NCBI GenBank assembly: GCA_951406725.2
Contig: OX597815.1
Coordinates: 155,558,001-155,622,000, forward strand
Length of the DNA: 64,000 bases
From: Octopus vulgaris
Lineage: Eukaryota
Reading direction: 5' to 3'
Position 1 is the stretch's first letter, and each line of letters opens with the position of its first letter. The notes beneath the pieces are model-generated. The model did not search any database. It saw nothing but the letters and a program-made list of their open reading frames with translations, and was not told the origin of the DNA. The position numbers and the translations under genes were made by a program. Positions 41,778 through 53,042 of the stretch are shown here, one piece after another.

Positions 41778-44439
41778 ACTGAGAGTGAAGAAATACTAGG
41801 AAAAAAAATGACAGAAAGTAAAAAAGATGAGCGAGGAAAGGAAAAGAAAGTGAATGAAAAGGGAAAAATTTAAGGAATGAATAGAGATGTTAATAGGTGA
41901 GAGTGTGACTGAGGGTAAAAGAAAAGCAAAAACAGGAAGAAGAGAGAAAAATTGAAGGCGAGAGAAGAGAAAGATTGAAGGAAAGTGAGAGAAAGAGTAA
42001 AAAATAACAGGAGAAAAAATATTAAAGTTTAATGAGGCAATTGACAGATAGAGATCAGTTCAAAAAGACAAATAGATAATCACATACGCATACACGCAAC
42101 ACATATAACTGCATATTAAATTACACATACACATATACAAATTACACACATATATTAAGTGACATACACACGTATGCCTACACTTACACTCATACACAAA
42201 GACAAACCTAATTATCTATTGATTAGGGCAAACAGATGAAAGAAAGGAAAACAAAAGAAATAATGGGGAGTGGTGGTGGTGGTGGTGGTGGTGGTGATGG
42301 TGGGGTAACATTAAAGGCTTCTGTAGTGAAAGATTGTATTCACTAATACATGTCATACTGACAAACCAACAATGTAGAGACAGGAACTGACTTAGTTCTG
42401 TCTGCTAGTCCCTCTATCTTTCTAACCAGCTGGCCTTCTTCACTCTTGTTTTTCAGTCTAGCCATGCATTTGTCTTTCTATATACCTCCCTACCTACCTA
42501 CCTATCTACCCTAGCAGTCTATCAGAAAATTCGCTCAGATGGGAGAATAGCTGATAATATATCGTTATCAATACACATTCGCTATCATCGTCATGATGAT
42601 CGTGAAGCTCATCATGGTGATTGCAATCTTCGTTGTCGTCATGACCAACCATCTTCATTACCTTAGTATATTCCAGTTAGATACACGATATAAATCCCCA
42701 CTTTTAGAACAGGTACACCAGATCTCTACACGTCATAAAGAGGTAGCTGAAATGAGTAGGTGAAAGGAAGGGCATCCAGTTGTTTGGTTTCGAAAAGTCC
42801 TGCTCAGTCCATGACACCATGAAAATATGGATGTAAAAACGATGATGATGACGAAGAGGAGAAGGATGATGCTGGTGATGATGAAATTCATCATTCTGAT
42901 CATCATCATCATTATCATTCATCATCATCATCATCATCATCATCATAGTCAATGTCATTATGACTGCTGTTATTATCATCTTTGTTTTCTATGGGGGTGA
43001 GAGCTGGCAGAATCATTAGCATACTGGGGAAATTGCTTAGCAGCATTTCATACGTCATTACATTCTGAGTTCAAATTCCGTCGAGGTCAACTTTGCCTTT
43101 CATCGTTCTGGGGTTGCTAAAATATATAACAGTTGAGCACTGGGGTCGAGGTGTTCGACTTTGCTCCTCATCCGTAATGGCTGGCCTTGTGCCAAAATTT
43201 GAGATCTTTATCATCATCCTTGTGGAGGCACATGGCCTAGTGGTTACAGCAGTGGACTCGCGATCAAGGGATCGCATGTTCGAATCTCAGACCGGGCGAT
43301 GTGTGTGTTTATGAGCGAAACACCTAAGCTCATCTGTGATGGACTGGCGTCGTCCAGTGGGGAACCTATATGCCAAGGAAACCAAGAAACCGGCCCTTAT
43401 GAGCCAGGTATGGCTCAAGAAGGAGCAAACATCATCATCCTTGTTATAAACGGCCATCAACAGAAATGAAACCCAGCATACTGATCATCATCAACACTGT
43501 AAACATTGTCACTCCACCCCCACCATCACCACTACCACCACCACGTCCATTCAACCAGTTTCATTCAACCATCTTTTGAACACATCATCCTTTCAGGTAC
43601 AATGTGACACTTGCAACAAAGAAATTGCAACACATGTTATGTAACAGTAACAGTTGCACATTGACAGCTTCAATGTTGAATGCCTGGTTGATTGCTGCAA
43701 TAAGATATATGCAATACATTGCATTCATCAGTTGTTAGTGATATGTACAATGTGTTTCAAGCTGAATTTGCAACAATTTCAAATTATCAACAAGAGCATT
43801 CAGAGAGTGCAAACCCCCTCCAAGGCAACGCCCACATCCTCTCAACAATTAGGCAGATATGATTTTTAAAATGAGAATTTCTGAATTGCTCTCACAAACG
43901 AGAATACTAAAAATGAACCTGACAACTCTCAAAACCTAAGTTAAAAAACAGGAAAAAATAATCAAGAATCCTTGTCCGGGACCAGATTAATCTCAAAATC
44001 TAATCAGTTTGTGCCTAGTTACGAGGACAAACATCCCTGGAAGTTTAATCCAAATACATCCAGCAGTTCTTGAGATATCTTGTTCATGGTCAAACAAATA
44101 AACACAACTGAAAACAATACCACTGTTTTCTCTAAGCAACAAGTGAAGAAATAATACATTAGTATTCATAGAAACAACAAGATGGTGAGCTGGCAGAATC
44201 ATAAGCACACCAGACAAAATAGTTACTCTTTTACTCATTTCAGTCATTTGACTGTGGTCATGCTGGAGCACCGCTTTGGCTGAACAAATCAACTCCAGGA
44301 ATTATTCTTTGTAAGCCTAGTACTTATTCTATTGGTCTCTTTTGCCAAACTGTTAAGTTACAGTTACGTAAACATACATACATACATACATACATACATA
44401 CATACATACATACACATACACATATACATACATACATAC

Positions 44440-44473
<34 letters not shown>

Positions 44474-45460
44474 CATCATTGTTTGACGTCCGCTTTCCAT
44501 GCTGGCATGGGTTGGACAGTTTGACTGAGGACTGGCAAGCCAGATGGCTGCACCAGGCTCCAATCTGATCTGGCAGAGTTTCTACAGCTGGATGCCCTTC
44601 CTAATGCCAACCACTCCGAGAGTGTAGTGCATGCTTTTATGTGCCACTGGCACAAGGGTCAGTCAGGGGGTACTGGCCACCACACTCAAATGGTGTTTTT
44701 TACGTGCCACTTGCACAGGAGCCAGTCCAGTGGAACTGGCAACAACCTAGCTCGAATGTTGTTTTTCATGTGTCCCAGGCACAAGTACCAGTAAGGCAAT
44801 GCTGGTAACGATCACACTTGAATGGTGCTTTTTACATGCCACCAGCACGGGAGCCAGTCAATGGCCCTGGAAAACATCACGCTCGGATGGTGCTCTTAGC
44901 ATTCCACTAGCATGGATGCCAGTCAGGCGGTGCTGTCATCAGCCATGCCAGTGAATTTGATTTCGATTTTACTTGCCTCAACATAAGCAGAGTTTAGTGT
45001 CCAATGAAAGAAAAGTATGCATAAGTGGGCTGGTTACACCTCTGGCATAGGCCATGGGTTATGGTCTCACTTGACTTGCTGGGTCTTCTCAAGCACAGCA
45101 TATTTCCAAAGGTCTTGGTTACTCATCATTGCCTTGGCGAGGCCTAATTTTCGAAAGTCATGCTTCACCACCTCATCCCAGGTCTTCCTGGGTCTACCTC
45201 TTCCACATGTTTCATCAACTGCTAGAGTGTGACACTTTTTCACACAGCTATCCTCTTCCATTCTCACCACATAACCATACCAGTGCAGTCGTCTCTCTTG
45301 CACACCACATCTGATGCTTCTTAGGTTCAACTTTTCTCTCAAGGTACTTACACTCTGTCGTGTATGCACACTGACATTACACATCCATCAGATCATACTG
45401 GCTTCATTCCTTGCAAGCTTACACATGTCCTCAGCAGTCACGGTCCATGTTTCATGTACA

Positions 45461-45503
<43 letters not shown>

Positions 45504-48500
45504 GATAGGCTTTCAGTTTCCATCTACCAAATCCATTCACAAAGCTTTGGTCAGCCTGAGGCTATAGTAGAAAACACTTGCTCAAGGTGCCACACAGTGG
45601 CACTGAACCCAGAACCATGTGGTTGGGAAGCAAGCTTCTTCCCACACAGCCACTTAGCAGTATTTCATCTGTCATTACACACTGAGTTCAAATTCTTTTG
45701 AGGCCAGCATTGCCTTTCATCCTTTTGAGGTCAATGAAATAAGTACCAGTTGAGCACAGGGTTTGATGTAATCCACTTAGCCCCTTCTCTGTAATTGTCG
45801 GCCTTGTGCCAAACTTTGGAATCAATATTTATATAAACCTATTTCTTAATATCTCATCATCATCATTGAATGTCTGTCTTCCATGCAGGCATGAGTTGGA
45901 CAGTGTAACAGGAACTGACAGGAACCATACCAAACCAGGCCATGGAGCTGCACCAGTTACATCGTTTGTTTTGAAATGATTTCTATGGCAGGATGCCCTT
46001 CCTAATGTCAGCCACTTTACAAAGTGTACTGGGTGCTTTTTATGTGGCATCAATACTGGAGGGGTCACCAAGTAGCTTGTGCCGGGTGAGAAATTACATA
46101 CCATTGAGGGATAGAGTTAAGTGTCTTAGGTTAGAGGAGATATTTGGCTATCCCAGTAGGTAAAGAAAGGAGAGAAAGGAAAGATAGATAGATAGATAGA
46201 TAGAGAGAGAGATAGAGAGAGAAATAGATGGTGTTGAAGATGCCTCTGAACCCACTTGCAAGGAACAGTGGGTGGGGGAATATAAGTGGTACTGAGAAGA
46301 GAGAGGGGGATGTTCCATAAAAATATGAGGGGAGATGTTTAGAGATAGGAAGGAGGTAACTGTAGCAAATGATGGTGAGACAAATTAGAGTGGCTAGGAG
46401 AGGGATATGGTAGATAGTTGAGGGTATAGAGAGTGTGTGGATAGGTATGTGAGGGAGAGTAGAGGGGCCTGCAGTGGTTGACGATCATGAGTAGTGAGAA
46501 GGGTGTTGTCTTAAAAAGATGGCTTACAGAGGCATTTTGACAGAGGACAGGTTGTATGTATGGATGGCCACGATTTAAAACTTAGCTTGATGTGTCTTCC
46601 CAAGCAATGTTGCAGAAAAACAGATTTTGCGCTTTTCTAAGAAACTGCATTGTGTCATGGTTTTTATCAAGAATTTACCATTATTGCACTTATACATATC
46701 ACCTCACTCTGTTTTCCCACTGCACATGCACAAATGCATACACATGCAACAGAGACATACAGACTAATTGGCATAGTTGTCAGAGAGTTAGATAAAATAC
46801 CTCATTGTATTTGTTCCTACTCTGTGCTGTTTTACAGATTCTTGGATTCTTGATGTTATCCTCAAGCAGCCTCAATGTGACACAGTATATAACAAAGCTA
46901 TCTTTATGAATTATGGGAACAATCTGACAGTTCAAGATGCTTCCACAATTTCCATCTTCTCAGTTTCATATGGCTCACATAAATCCTGGAAATTGGTCAC
47001 AGTGAAGACACATGACCTGGTTGTTAGGGTGTTGCACCAACAATCACTAAATCATGACTTTGATTCATGGACCAATTGGTGTAGTGCATTGTTGAGCAAA
47101 GCACATCATTTCATGTTGCTCCAGTCCACTCAACTGTATGTGAGTTTCAGTAAAAGCTGAGAAGTTAACATTGCAATGGACTTTCATCTCATTCAGGAGG
47201 ATTGTTGTTATCTCAGTCACTTTATGCCATGGAAACTGGGTTAATCTGTGGCCTTATGAGCCCAAAGTTTTTCAAAGCATATTTTAGCTGAGCTAACTCT
47301 AAAGTACTACATAGTGGAAGTAGATAAAGTTGCCCAAGGTGTCATACGGTGGAATCAAGCTTACTGCCTGAGCAAATGACTGAAATGTCAAACCTTTAAT
47401 AATAGGTCTGCTCAGCCATGGATGACCTGGTGTTAGATAACGTCAACAACAATCTCAATTTTAAGAATCAAATATTTACACCACTCTCAGTACATCAATA
47501 AGGAAATATAAAGACTTACTTCTAAATTTAACTGCTTGTGTGTAGACGACTAAATCAGAGAGTTCTTTGGCGATTTGACTGTCCTTTTTCTGTTTTGACT
47601 TCAATATGACTTTTGCTTCAGGCATATCGTCCTCAATTGGCCAATCAAGGTCAGGTTGTGTTTTAGGACGGTTCTTCTCTCCAAATGACGAACTTCGAGG
47701 TCTGAAATATAAAAGTGTGCATATACATACACACATACATATTATATTTATGCTTTTTTTTATGTGAACTTATATATGACAACAATTTAGCATTAAATTT
47801 GAGTATCACTCAATACTTTTTAGTAGAGTATATATATGGTTATTTTTTCAAACAAAAGGTTGACAGTGACTTCAAAGTTTTGGCTTACTTGTGAACTAAA
47901 ACATTGAAATTATACTTAACCATTTTCTTGAAAATATTGATATATTTGTATGTAGTACTTATGTCATTAAATGTTTGTTATTAATAACCTTATAATTTAA
48001 CAAGCCTAATACTGGTTTCACATTTTGGCACAAGGCCAGCAAGTTTGGGAGAGGGAGTAAGTCCCTTACATTGACCCTCAATGCTCATCTGGTATTTATT
48101 TTATTCATGCCGAATCAATGAAAGGCATAGTTAACTTTGGTAGAACTTGAACCCAGAATTTAAAGACGAAAAAATGTCACTAAGCATCTTATCTGGCACT
48201 CTAATGATTCTGCCAGCTCACCACCTTAAACAACCCTAATATTAATATAGCTTCTTTCATTCATATCTTTAACACTTTTGTTTCTTTTCACGCTCTCTGT
48301 ACTCAGCTATCAGTGAGACTAAGGAGAGCAGGTGTCTCCACCTCACCACATCATGCTCCCAGTGTAACTAGGAATATCACTGAACCTATCTGACCCTTTC
48401 ATCTGTTTCATGCACTACTCCTCCTTCTGCAACCTCCTCCCAAGGATATCTACTATTACCCTTCCTATACTCTCACCTTCTCTTGAACTTCCTGGTATTT

Positions 48501-51500
48501 ACACCAATCATCTTGTCATCCACTCCTACCATTTATCCATTTCAATTTCTATTCATCACTCTCCCACCTATTCTATCACCCTTTATATCTCTGTTTCTTT
48601 CATCACATTTTGCCCCTTCTTCCATCCATTCAAGTTATTTTCCTGTTTGTGATGACAGAAGTGAATTAACAATTTATCATGTACTAGGGATTCTCAAACC
48701 TTTGTGGCAATCCCACTATTGTTGGTGACACAAAAAATGCACTCAGAACATTTAATAAAGTAGTTGACATCAAGAGGACCCTTTAAGCTGTTCTCAACAG
48801 ACTAAAGGGTCTACTTTTCTAGTGTTGGTGCTATGATAAAAGGCACCCAATATGCTCTGTAAAGAAAATCCTTTGAGTTGCAGGCTTGACAAGATTTCTA
48901 GTGCTACAGCCACAATGAAATGCACTCAGTACACTTTGTAAAATGTTTGATGTTAAGAAGGACATCATGATGTAGAAACCAAACTAAAAAAAAGAAGATG
49001 TGGTCCTCCTGACTTGTCTAGGTAAGCAGTATGTCTGAATAAGAGCTGACTCATACTGTAAGTGGCCTGCTTCACTCATACCAACAAGGAAAGTAGACTG
49101 ATCTAGGGATCAACCGCAATAGCAACAACAGTTCATAAACATACAAGATAATGACACTGAGCACAAAAATTCACTCAAGGTGCTGCAATAAAAATCATTT
49201 CATCACCTACTATGTGGTTGTGGTAAGAAGCTTGCTTTTCAACCACATGGTTCCAGGTTCAGTTCCACTGTGTTACACATTGAGTAAGTGTTTTCTACTA
49301 TAGCCGTGAACCAACCAAATCCTTGTGAGTGGATTTGGTACATGGGAACGGAAAGCAGCCTGTCATGTGTGCGTGTGTGTGTATGTGTGTATGTGTGTGT
49401 GTATGTGTGTGTGTGTGTATTTGTGGCTTTCCCCCACCACCACTTGACAGCTAGTTCCCCGAAATTACTGACCTGGTGCCAAAATCTGAAATTTGAAACT
49501 AATATTTGCTCTGGTTCTTTACAGTCTGAGTTCAAATCTCATCAAGCTCAACTGTGCGTTTCTACCTCTGGGACTGATGAAATAAAGTACTAGTTGGGTA
49601 CCATGATGAATTGGCTTTCTCTTTCCTGCCAAACTTCTGGCATTGTGTTATCATCATCATCATCATTTAACATCCATTCTCCATACTGATGTTGCAATGT
49701 TTCTACAGCTGGATGCCCTTCCTAATGCCAACCACTCCGAGAGTGTAGTGGGTGCTTTTTATGCACCATTGGCATTGGAGCCAGTCAGGCAGCGCTGGCA
49801 TTGGCCACATTTGGATGGTGCTTTTTATACACTACTGGCACAGGAGCCAGTCATGGTGGGGAGGGGGCTGGCATTGACCATGTTCAGATGGTGCATTTTA
49901 CATATAAGAAATTCTTGCTAGAAAATATTATACAATGAAATCTGTGAGCTTGGTTAAGTTCATATATATTCTTTGCAAAAATTAGGTTTATTTGTTTGAC
50001 AGCCAGTTTTCTAGCTGCTCAAATAGGTTGAAAAGTATTTATTTGAGCAGTTTTTTTGAGCCTGATACCCTTCCTCTCACCCCTTTCCCTTTATAATTAA
50101 GAGAGTGTAGAAGAAATGTTTTCTGGGAATGTAAACATAATGGTACTGTTCTTTTGGTCATTCAGTCTTTTTTGTGAGAACTGGAAATGACAACTTTCAT
50201 GTACATGCACACATACACATACATGCTCACAACAGGTTTCCACACAGTTTGTTTACTAATTTCATCCACAAGCAAGCTTCCCTCGAATATTTTGCAATGG
50301 GTGTGCATAAAAATTTGCTTTTGTGCAAATTTTGCCTTTCTTTGCAAAGTTTGTACACATGCAGGAGTAGCTGTGTGGTAAAAAGCTTGCTTGCCAACCA
50401 CATTGTTCTGGGCTCAGTACCACTGCATAACACCTTGGGCAAATGTCTTCTACTATTGCCTTGGGCAAATCAAAGCTTTGTGAGTGGATTTAGTAGATGG
50501 AAACCAAAAGTCCATCATGTGTGTGTGTGTGTGTGTGTGTTCTCCTCCACTGCCTCACAATCAGTGTTGGTGTGTTTATTCTCCTGTGACTTAGCAGTTT
50601 GGCAAAAATGACTGATCAAATAAGTACCAGGCTTAAAAAATTGCTGGGGTTGATTCATTTGATTACAAATTCTTCAAGTCAGTGCTCCAGCATAGCTGCA
50701 ATCTAATGACTAAAACAAGTATAAAAATATAAAAGTATCCATGCAAATAGCCGTTTATGCTTGATTTCATCTTGTAAAACTTGTATAGATTCATCTTTTT
50801 TTTAAATCTTGGCTCACTCAAGTTGTAAACTGTGCACATGATCAGAAGCACACGGTTTAGAGGGCACTTGATTCACAATGCACAAAGGTGCCCTGAGGTA
50901 ATAGTAGAAGACAATGCCCAAAGTGCTATGCAGTGTATCAGAACCTAGGAACATCAGGTTGTGAAGTAAACTTCTTAACCACTTAGCTATGCCTATACCA
51001 AGGCATGCCAGCTGCTAGCTATGTCTGTGCCTGATAACTGTTGCTTCTGATAGGAACAGATGAACTTTTCCCAACTCAGAAACTACTGTAGTGAAAAATG
51101 CTTTTCATGTAGTACTACCGCTAGTTCCCTTTGGACTGTTCTTATTTGTCAGTAGGAAATATTTTTAGATAAATATTATTTGCTTATATATCTATGCAGG
51201 TGGCATATAAACTGTGCAGGTGGCACATAAAAAGCACCGTTTGAGCATGGCCGTTGCTAGTATGGCCTGACTGGCCCTCGTGCTGGTAGCACGTAAAAGT
51301 ACCCTCTACACTCTCAGAGTGGTTGGCATTAGGAAGGGCATCCAGCTGTAGAAACTCTGCCAGATCAGATTGGAGTCTGGTGCAGCCATCTGGTTCGCCA
51401 GCCCTCAGTCAAATCGTCCAACCCATGCTAGCATGGAAAGCGGACGTTAAACAATGATGATGATGATGATAATCAAAACAGTAAGATGGCAAGCTGGCAA

Positions 51501-52344
51501 AATTGTTAGCATGTCTGACAAAACACTTGGTGGCATTTCATCTGTCTTTATGTTCTGAGTTCAAATTCCACTGAGGTTGACTTTACCATTCATCCTTTCA
51601 AGGTTGATAAAATAAGTACCAGTTGAGCACAGTGTCAATGTAATTGACTAAATCCCTCTCCTGCAATTTCTGGCCTTGTGCCAAAATTTGAAACCAGTAT
51701 ATCTAAACAGTAAATATTTTGCAATGTAATGGTTTTTAATATGAAACATATTCTTTTAAAATATTTTAGATAGAAGAGGAATCAAGGTTTGAACTCAGAA
51801 GGCAAAGAACTGGAACAAATACTGCACGGCCTCTGGTCTGATGTTCTTACATTTGTGTCAGTCCATCACTTTTGATTAGTACGTTTTTATTGATTCTAAA
51901 ATGATGAAAGGTAAAGTTGACCTTGGGAGGATATGAACTTGGAGTTCAGAGTCAAAACAGGTACTGTATAGCATTTTCTATCTGGTGTTTTAACATATTT
52001 TCCAATTCAAGGCATAGATGACCTCACAGAGAACTCAGAGTGCAGGGAGCTAGAACAAATATCATTACACATTCATTTTATCTAAAACTTTAATAATTTT
52101 GTTGCTTCACTGCCTAAATTCATATCTCAGTAAAAATAAATAACGTAGAAACAAAATCATCATCTATGGAGATGGGTAATACAATGCTTATAGTCACATC
52201 ATATTACTCTATGATTTCATACTTACATTCCTTGTCTGGAAATATCTCCAAAAGAATCAGCTCTTAACCGAGTATGTTTTGATTTTTCATCTTGTTCTGG
52301 TGTTTGACTTCCCTGGCTGTCAACTGAACGCCGCATATCTTTCT
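7084..52344 (-). CDS. PLCE1: Phospholipase C epsilon (PLCE1-like), partial multi-exon gene (10 exons in window, incomplete at both ends)
   Basis: Manually spliced exons join in continuous phase. They give [17 protein letters not shown] (Y-box start), [57 protein letters not shown] (Y domain), LISGQ...[15 protein letters not shown]...LAFIRF...[20 protein letters not shown] (C2), then an RA-like segment. Y-C2-RA order and the [18 protein letters not shown] motif are characteristic of the epsilon class. Confidence 0.93.
7437..7704. repeat. Fold-back palindrome, arms about 133 bp
   Basis: Mirrored about c7570 (agttttga-c-tcaaaact). Confidence 0.95.
8154..8745. mobile_element. piggyBac-like MITE interrupted by a Helitron
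   Basis: Termini tcctttggc... / ...tgctaaaggg with TTAA on the right (ttga on the left); homologous to 19041-19245. Confidence 0.65.
8315..8677 (+). mobile_element. Non-autonomous Helitron nested in a piggyBac-like MITE
   Basis: A|TCTATATATATAAAG start; CCGAGCAACGCCGGG hairpin and CTAG|T end; homologous to 21037-21428. Confidence 0.85.
11219..11421 (-). CDS. PLCE1: PLC-epsilon exon, C2 end ([25 protein letters not shown]...DAGKD)
   Basis: ttgcAG / GTAAGT, 203 nt, GYRH motif. Confidence 0.93.
11877..12201 (-). mobile_element. CR1/L2-clade LINE 3' fragment, same family as 35915-36655
   Basis: Near-identical to 35920-36230; (ATT)n tail on the minus strand. Confidence 0.85.
12529..12631 (-). 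CDS. PLCE1: PLC-epsilon exon, C2 domain ([34 protein letters not shown])
   Basis: ctccttAG / GTAAGA, 103 nt, phase 0 to 1; not in the ORF track. Confidence 0.93.
12931..13218. repeat. Fold-back palindrome next to (TA)n
   Basis: Centre aagatacaaaat-at-attttgtatctt at 13087/13088; arms ggagggatgacc / ggtcatccctc. Confidence 0.9.
13422..13671. repeat. Inverted repeat enclosing a hammerhead-ribozyme-like motif
   Basis: Arms ataagaaaatgaga / tctcattttcttat; CTGATGA at 13541, GAAAC at 13605. Confidence 0.8.
13537..13620 (+). ncRNA. Minimal type I hammerhead ribozyme-like motif, probably inactivated
   Basis: Stem I GGCU/AGCU, core CUGAUGA, stem II AGCUAUAAAA/UUUUAAAGCU (9 of 10 pairs), GAAAC-AGUU-GCA; triplet GCA is non-canonical. 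Confidence 0.65.
14408..15754 (+). mobile_element. Full-length degenerate Tc1/mariner transposon, DD41D(rosa)-like group
   Basis: TA|CAGGGTGTTTCAA...TTGAAACACCCTG|TA; broken transposase with FSD, FQQDG..PH and [16 protein letters not shown] motifs. Confidence 0.9.
16215..16491. repeat. Fold-back palindrome with foreign 26-nt loop insert
   Basis: Arms atgtatataatttagagaaaaa / tttttctctaaattatatacat. Confidence 0.9.
17088..17291. repeat. Local direct duplication of about 72 bp
   Basis: attaacttca(g)ctttgtaaaacaaatataaatacatagagacacc...cacaagc at 17088 and 17221. Confidence 0.85.
18036..18191 (-). CDS. PLCE1: PLC-epsilon exon, C2 domain (LISGQYVNP...[15 protein letters not shown])
   Basis: ttctAG / GTGGGT, 156 nt, phase 0-0. 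Confidence 0.92.
18480..19034. mobile_element. Old hAT(Charlie)-like MITE
   Basis: caatggttctcaac ... gttaagaactact degenerate termini; no clear target duplication. Confidence 0.45.
19041..19245. mobile_element. piggyBac-like MITE, about 205 bp
   Basis: TTAA|tcctttagcatt ... aatgctaaagtg|TTAA. Confidence 0.7.
21037..21428 (-). mobile_element. Non-autonomous Helitron, same family as 8315-8677
   Basis: Reverse-complement similarity to 8315-8677; CTAG end at 21040-21037. Confidence 0.85.
22830..22993 (-). CDS. PLCE1: PLC-epsilon exon, Y end to C2 start ([29 protein letters not shown]...VLTLH)
   Basis: tttcAG / GTAAGT, 164 nt, phase 1 to 0. Confidence 0.93.
25310..25434 (-). CDS. PLCE1: PLC-epsilon exon, Y domain core ([41 protein letters not shown])
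   Basis: AC acceptor preceded by TTCCTTAAT branch site; GTAAGA donor; invariant PLC motifs RTYP, RIDSSN, VALNYQT. Confidence 0.95.
26698..27431. mobile_element. piggyBac-like MITE with nested TA-target MITE
   Basis: TTAA|CCCTTTAGTATTTA ... TAAATACTAAAGGG|TTAA. Confidence 0.8.
26860..27368. mobile_element. Tc1/mariner/pogo-type MITE, 509 bp
   Basis: TA|CCATAAATCCTCAAGTATAATCCGCA ... TGCAGACTGTACTCGAGGATTTATGG|TA inverted termini with TA duplication. Confidence 0.8.
28209..28259. repeat. Perfect 17-bp tandem repeat x3 (atggattctatccacct)
   Basis: Units start at 28209, 28226, 28243. Confidence 0.95.
28395..28562 (-). pseudogene. Decayed duplicate of part of exon 29792-29930 plus upstream intron flank
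   Basis: 28395-28486 aligns ungapped to 29839-29930 (75/92 identical by hand count), with in-frame TAG; the intron flank catccatctc...ctagtgattga is also duplicated. Confidence 0.85.
29006..29127. repeat. Fold-back palindrome in (TA)n with GAAAC-CCTGG-GTA motif
   Basis: ataataaaaaccacaag.cttgttaattaca.ctacc mirrored. Confidence 0.9.
29792..29930 (-). CDS. PLCE1: PLC-epsilon exon ([47 protein letters not shown])
   Basis: ttacAG acceptor; ends at U12-type donor ATATCCTTT; 139 nt, phase 1 to 2. Confidence 0.9.
30033..30518. mobile_element. TIR element (MITE) with long imperfect inverted arms
   Basis: CACTGTGTGACACAATTTT ... AAAATTTTGTTACACAGTG termini; internal inverted match ccttcaaactttgcttttgt / acaaaagcaaagtttgaagg. 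Confidence 0.7.
31523..32716 (+). mobile_element. Near full-length degenerate mariner transposon (DD34D type)
   Basis: TA|TTGGGTCGGCAACTGAGTTCCTGCTG ... CAGCAGGAACTTCATTGTCAACCCAA|TA; transposase from 31670 with WVPHAL, IVTG(D>I)EK, LLHDN and HPPFSPD motifs, interrupted by stops and deletions. Confidence 0.93.
33655..34190. mobile_element. Element with head-to-head duplicated tRNA-like head, (ATT)n/(AAT)n tracts and hammerhead-like remnant
   Basis: 33963-34103 is palindromic; minus-strand CTGATGA-aggttgg...tcagcc-AAAAC at 33778-33744. Confidence 0.6.
35915..36655 (-). mobile_element. CR1/L2-clade LINE 3' fragment
   Basis: [38 protein letters not shown]; upstream [13 protein letters not shown]. 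Confidence 0.85.
38165..38615 (+). mobile_element. tRNA-derived SINE family A with internal (TA)/(TG) tract; other copies at about 24334-24910, 28587-28975, 29236-29470(-), 32960-33125, 45500-45655(-), 50360-50730, 55010-55440
   Basis: Shared head ...cttaccaaccacatggttctgggttcagtcccactg..., shared tail ...gactgaaacaagtaaaagagtaaaagag. Confidence 0.8.
39155..39535 (-). mobile_element. LINE 3' fragment (RTE/BovB-like) ending in three C2H2-like fingers
   Basis: [64 protein letters not shown]; embedded between microsatellites. Confidence 0.6.
39589..39702 (-). CDS. PLCE1: PLC-epsilon exon, Y-domain insert ([38 protein letters not shown])
   Basis: ttttcAG / GTAACT, 114 nt, phase 1-1; Ser/Lys-rich insert at the position where PLC-epsilon has its Y-box insert. 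Confidence 0.85.
40099..40345 (+). mobile_element. SINE family B; other copies at about 23875-24075, 42997-43205, 51487-51700, 62888-63112
   Basis: ggcgagctggcagaaacgttagc...gagttcaaattcc (B-box-like)...gactttgcctttcat(c/t)ctttc.gggtcgat; the core resembles the MetaSINE domain as I recall it (inference). Confidence 0.75.
41621..41745. repeat. Fold-back palindrome between (TA)n and (GA)n with hammerhead 3'-half remnant
   Basis: tttatttaaaagcagcagaaatataac mirrored; inner arms (G/C)AAAC-TCTG(A/G)-G(T/C)A. Confidence 0.85.
44472..45450 (-). mobile_element. 5'-truncated RTE-clade LINE (ORF2 C-terminus plus 3' UTR)
   Basis: ORF 45067-45384 ([12 protein letters not shown]...GRGRPRKTW), then a UTR with about 64-bp tandem units and a (GAT)n tail. 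Confidence 0.85.
47520..47701 (-). CDS. PLCE1: PLC-epsilon exon, linker end and Y-box start (PRSSSFGEK...[18 protein letters not shown])
   Basis: tttcAG / GTAAGT, 182 nt, ELSDLVVY motif. Confidence 0.93.
52227..52344 (-). CDS. PLCE1: PLC-epsilon exon, X-Y linker ([39 protein letters not shown])
   Basis: tttcAG acceptor, GTAAGT donor, 118 nt open, phase 1 to phase 2, matches the phase of the 47520-47701 exon. Confidence 0.8.
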
Positions 52345-52499
52345 CTGAAATAGTAAACATATATAATATGTTATATAAAACATTCCCTGAGCTGAATTCT
52401 TTTATATATATTTAAAGTACCAGTACTGTGCGTGTATGTGTGTGTATGTATATATATATATGGATATTGTAGTTGTGATACCCGTGCTGGTGGCACGCA

Positions 52500-53042
52500 G
52501 GGCCTCACAGATGAAATGACGAAGACCAAGACCTCTGAGATATGCTGTAACTGTGAAGACCTGACAAATGAAGTGAGTTCATGGCTTGCAGGATGGCCTG
52601 CTGTGCTAACCTTGGATCATAGAGTGACTGGCTGTTCTCGAGGAGACCTATTGAGTCAAGTACGTCAACACCAACATCAAAATAAAAATCAAATGGAAAT
52701 TGTAGTAAAGATACCTGTGCCGGTGACACATAAAAAGCACCATCTGAACGTGGCAGATGCCAACGCCACCTTACTGGCGTCCGTGATATGTAAAAGCACC
52801 AACTGGTCATGGCTGTTTGCCAGTCCCCTCTGGCCCCTGTGCCGATGGCACGTAAAAAACACCCACTACACTCACGGAGTGGTTGGCGTTAGGAAGGGCA
52901 ACCAGGTGTAGAAACACTGCCAGATCAGACTGGAGCCTGGTGCAGCCTCCTGGCTTCTCAGACCCTGGTTGAACCGTCCAACCCATGCTAGCATGGAAAA
53001 CGGACGTTAAACGATGATGATGATGATGATGATGATGATGAT
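52500..53042 (+). mobile_element. RTE LINE 3' end
   Basis: Homologous to 525-1026; (GAT)n tail. Confidence 0.8.
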
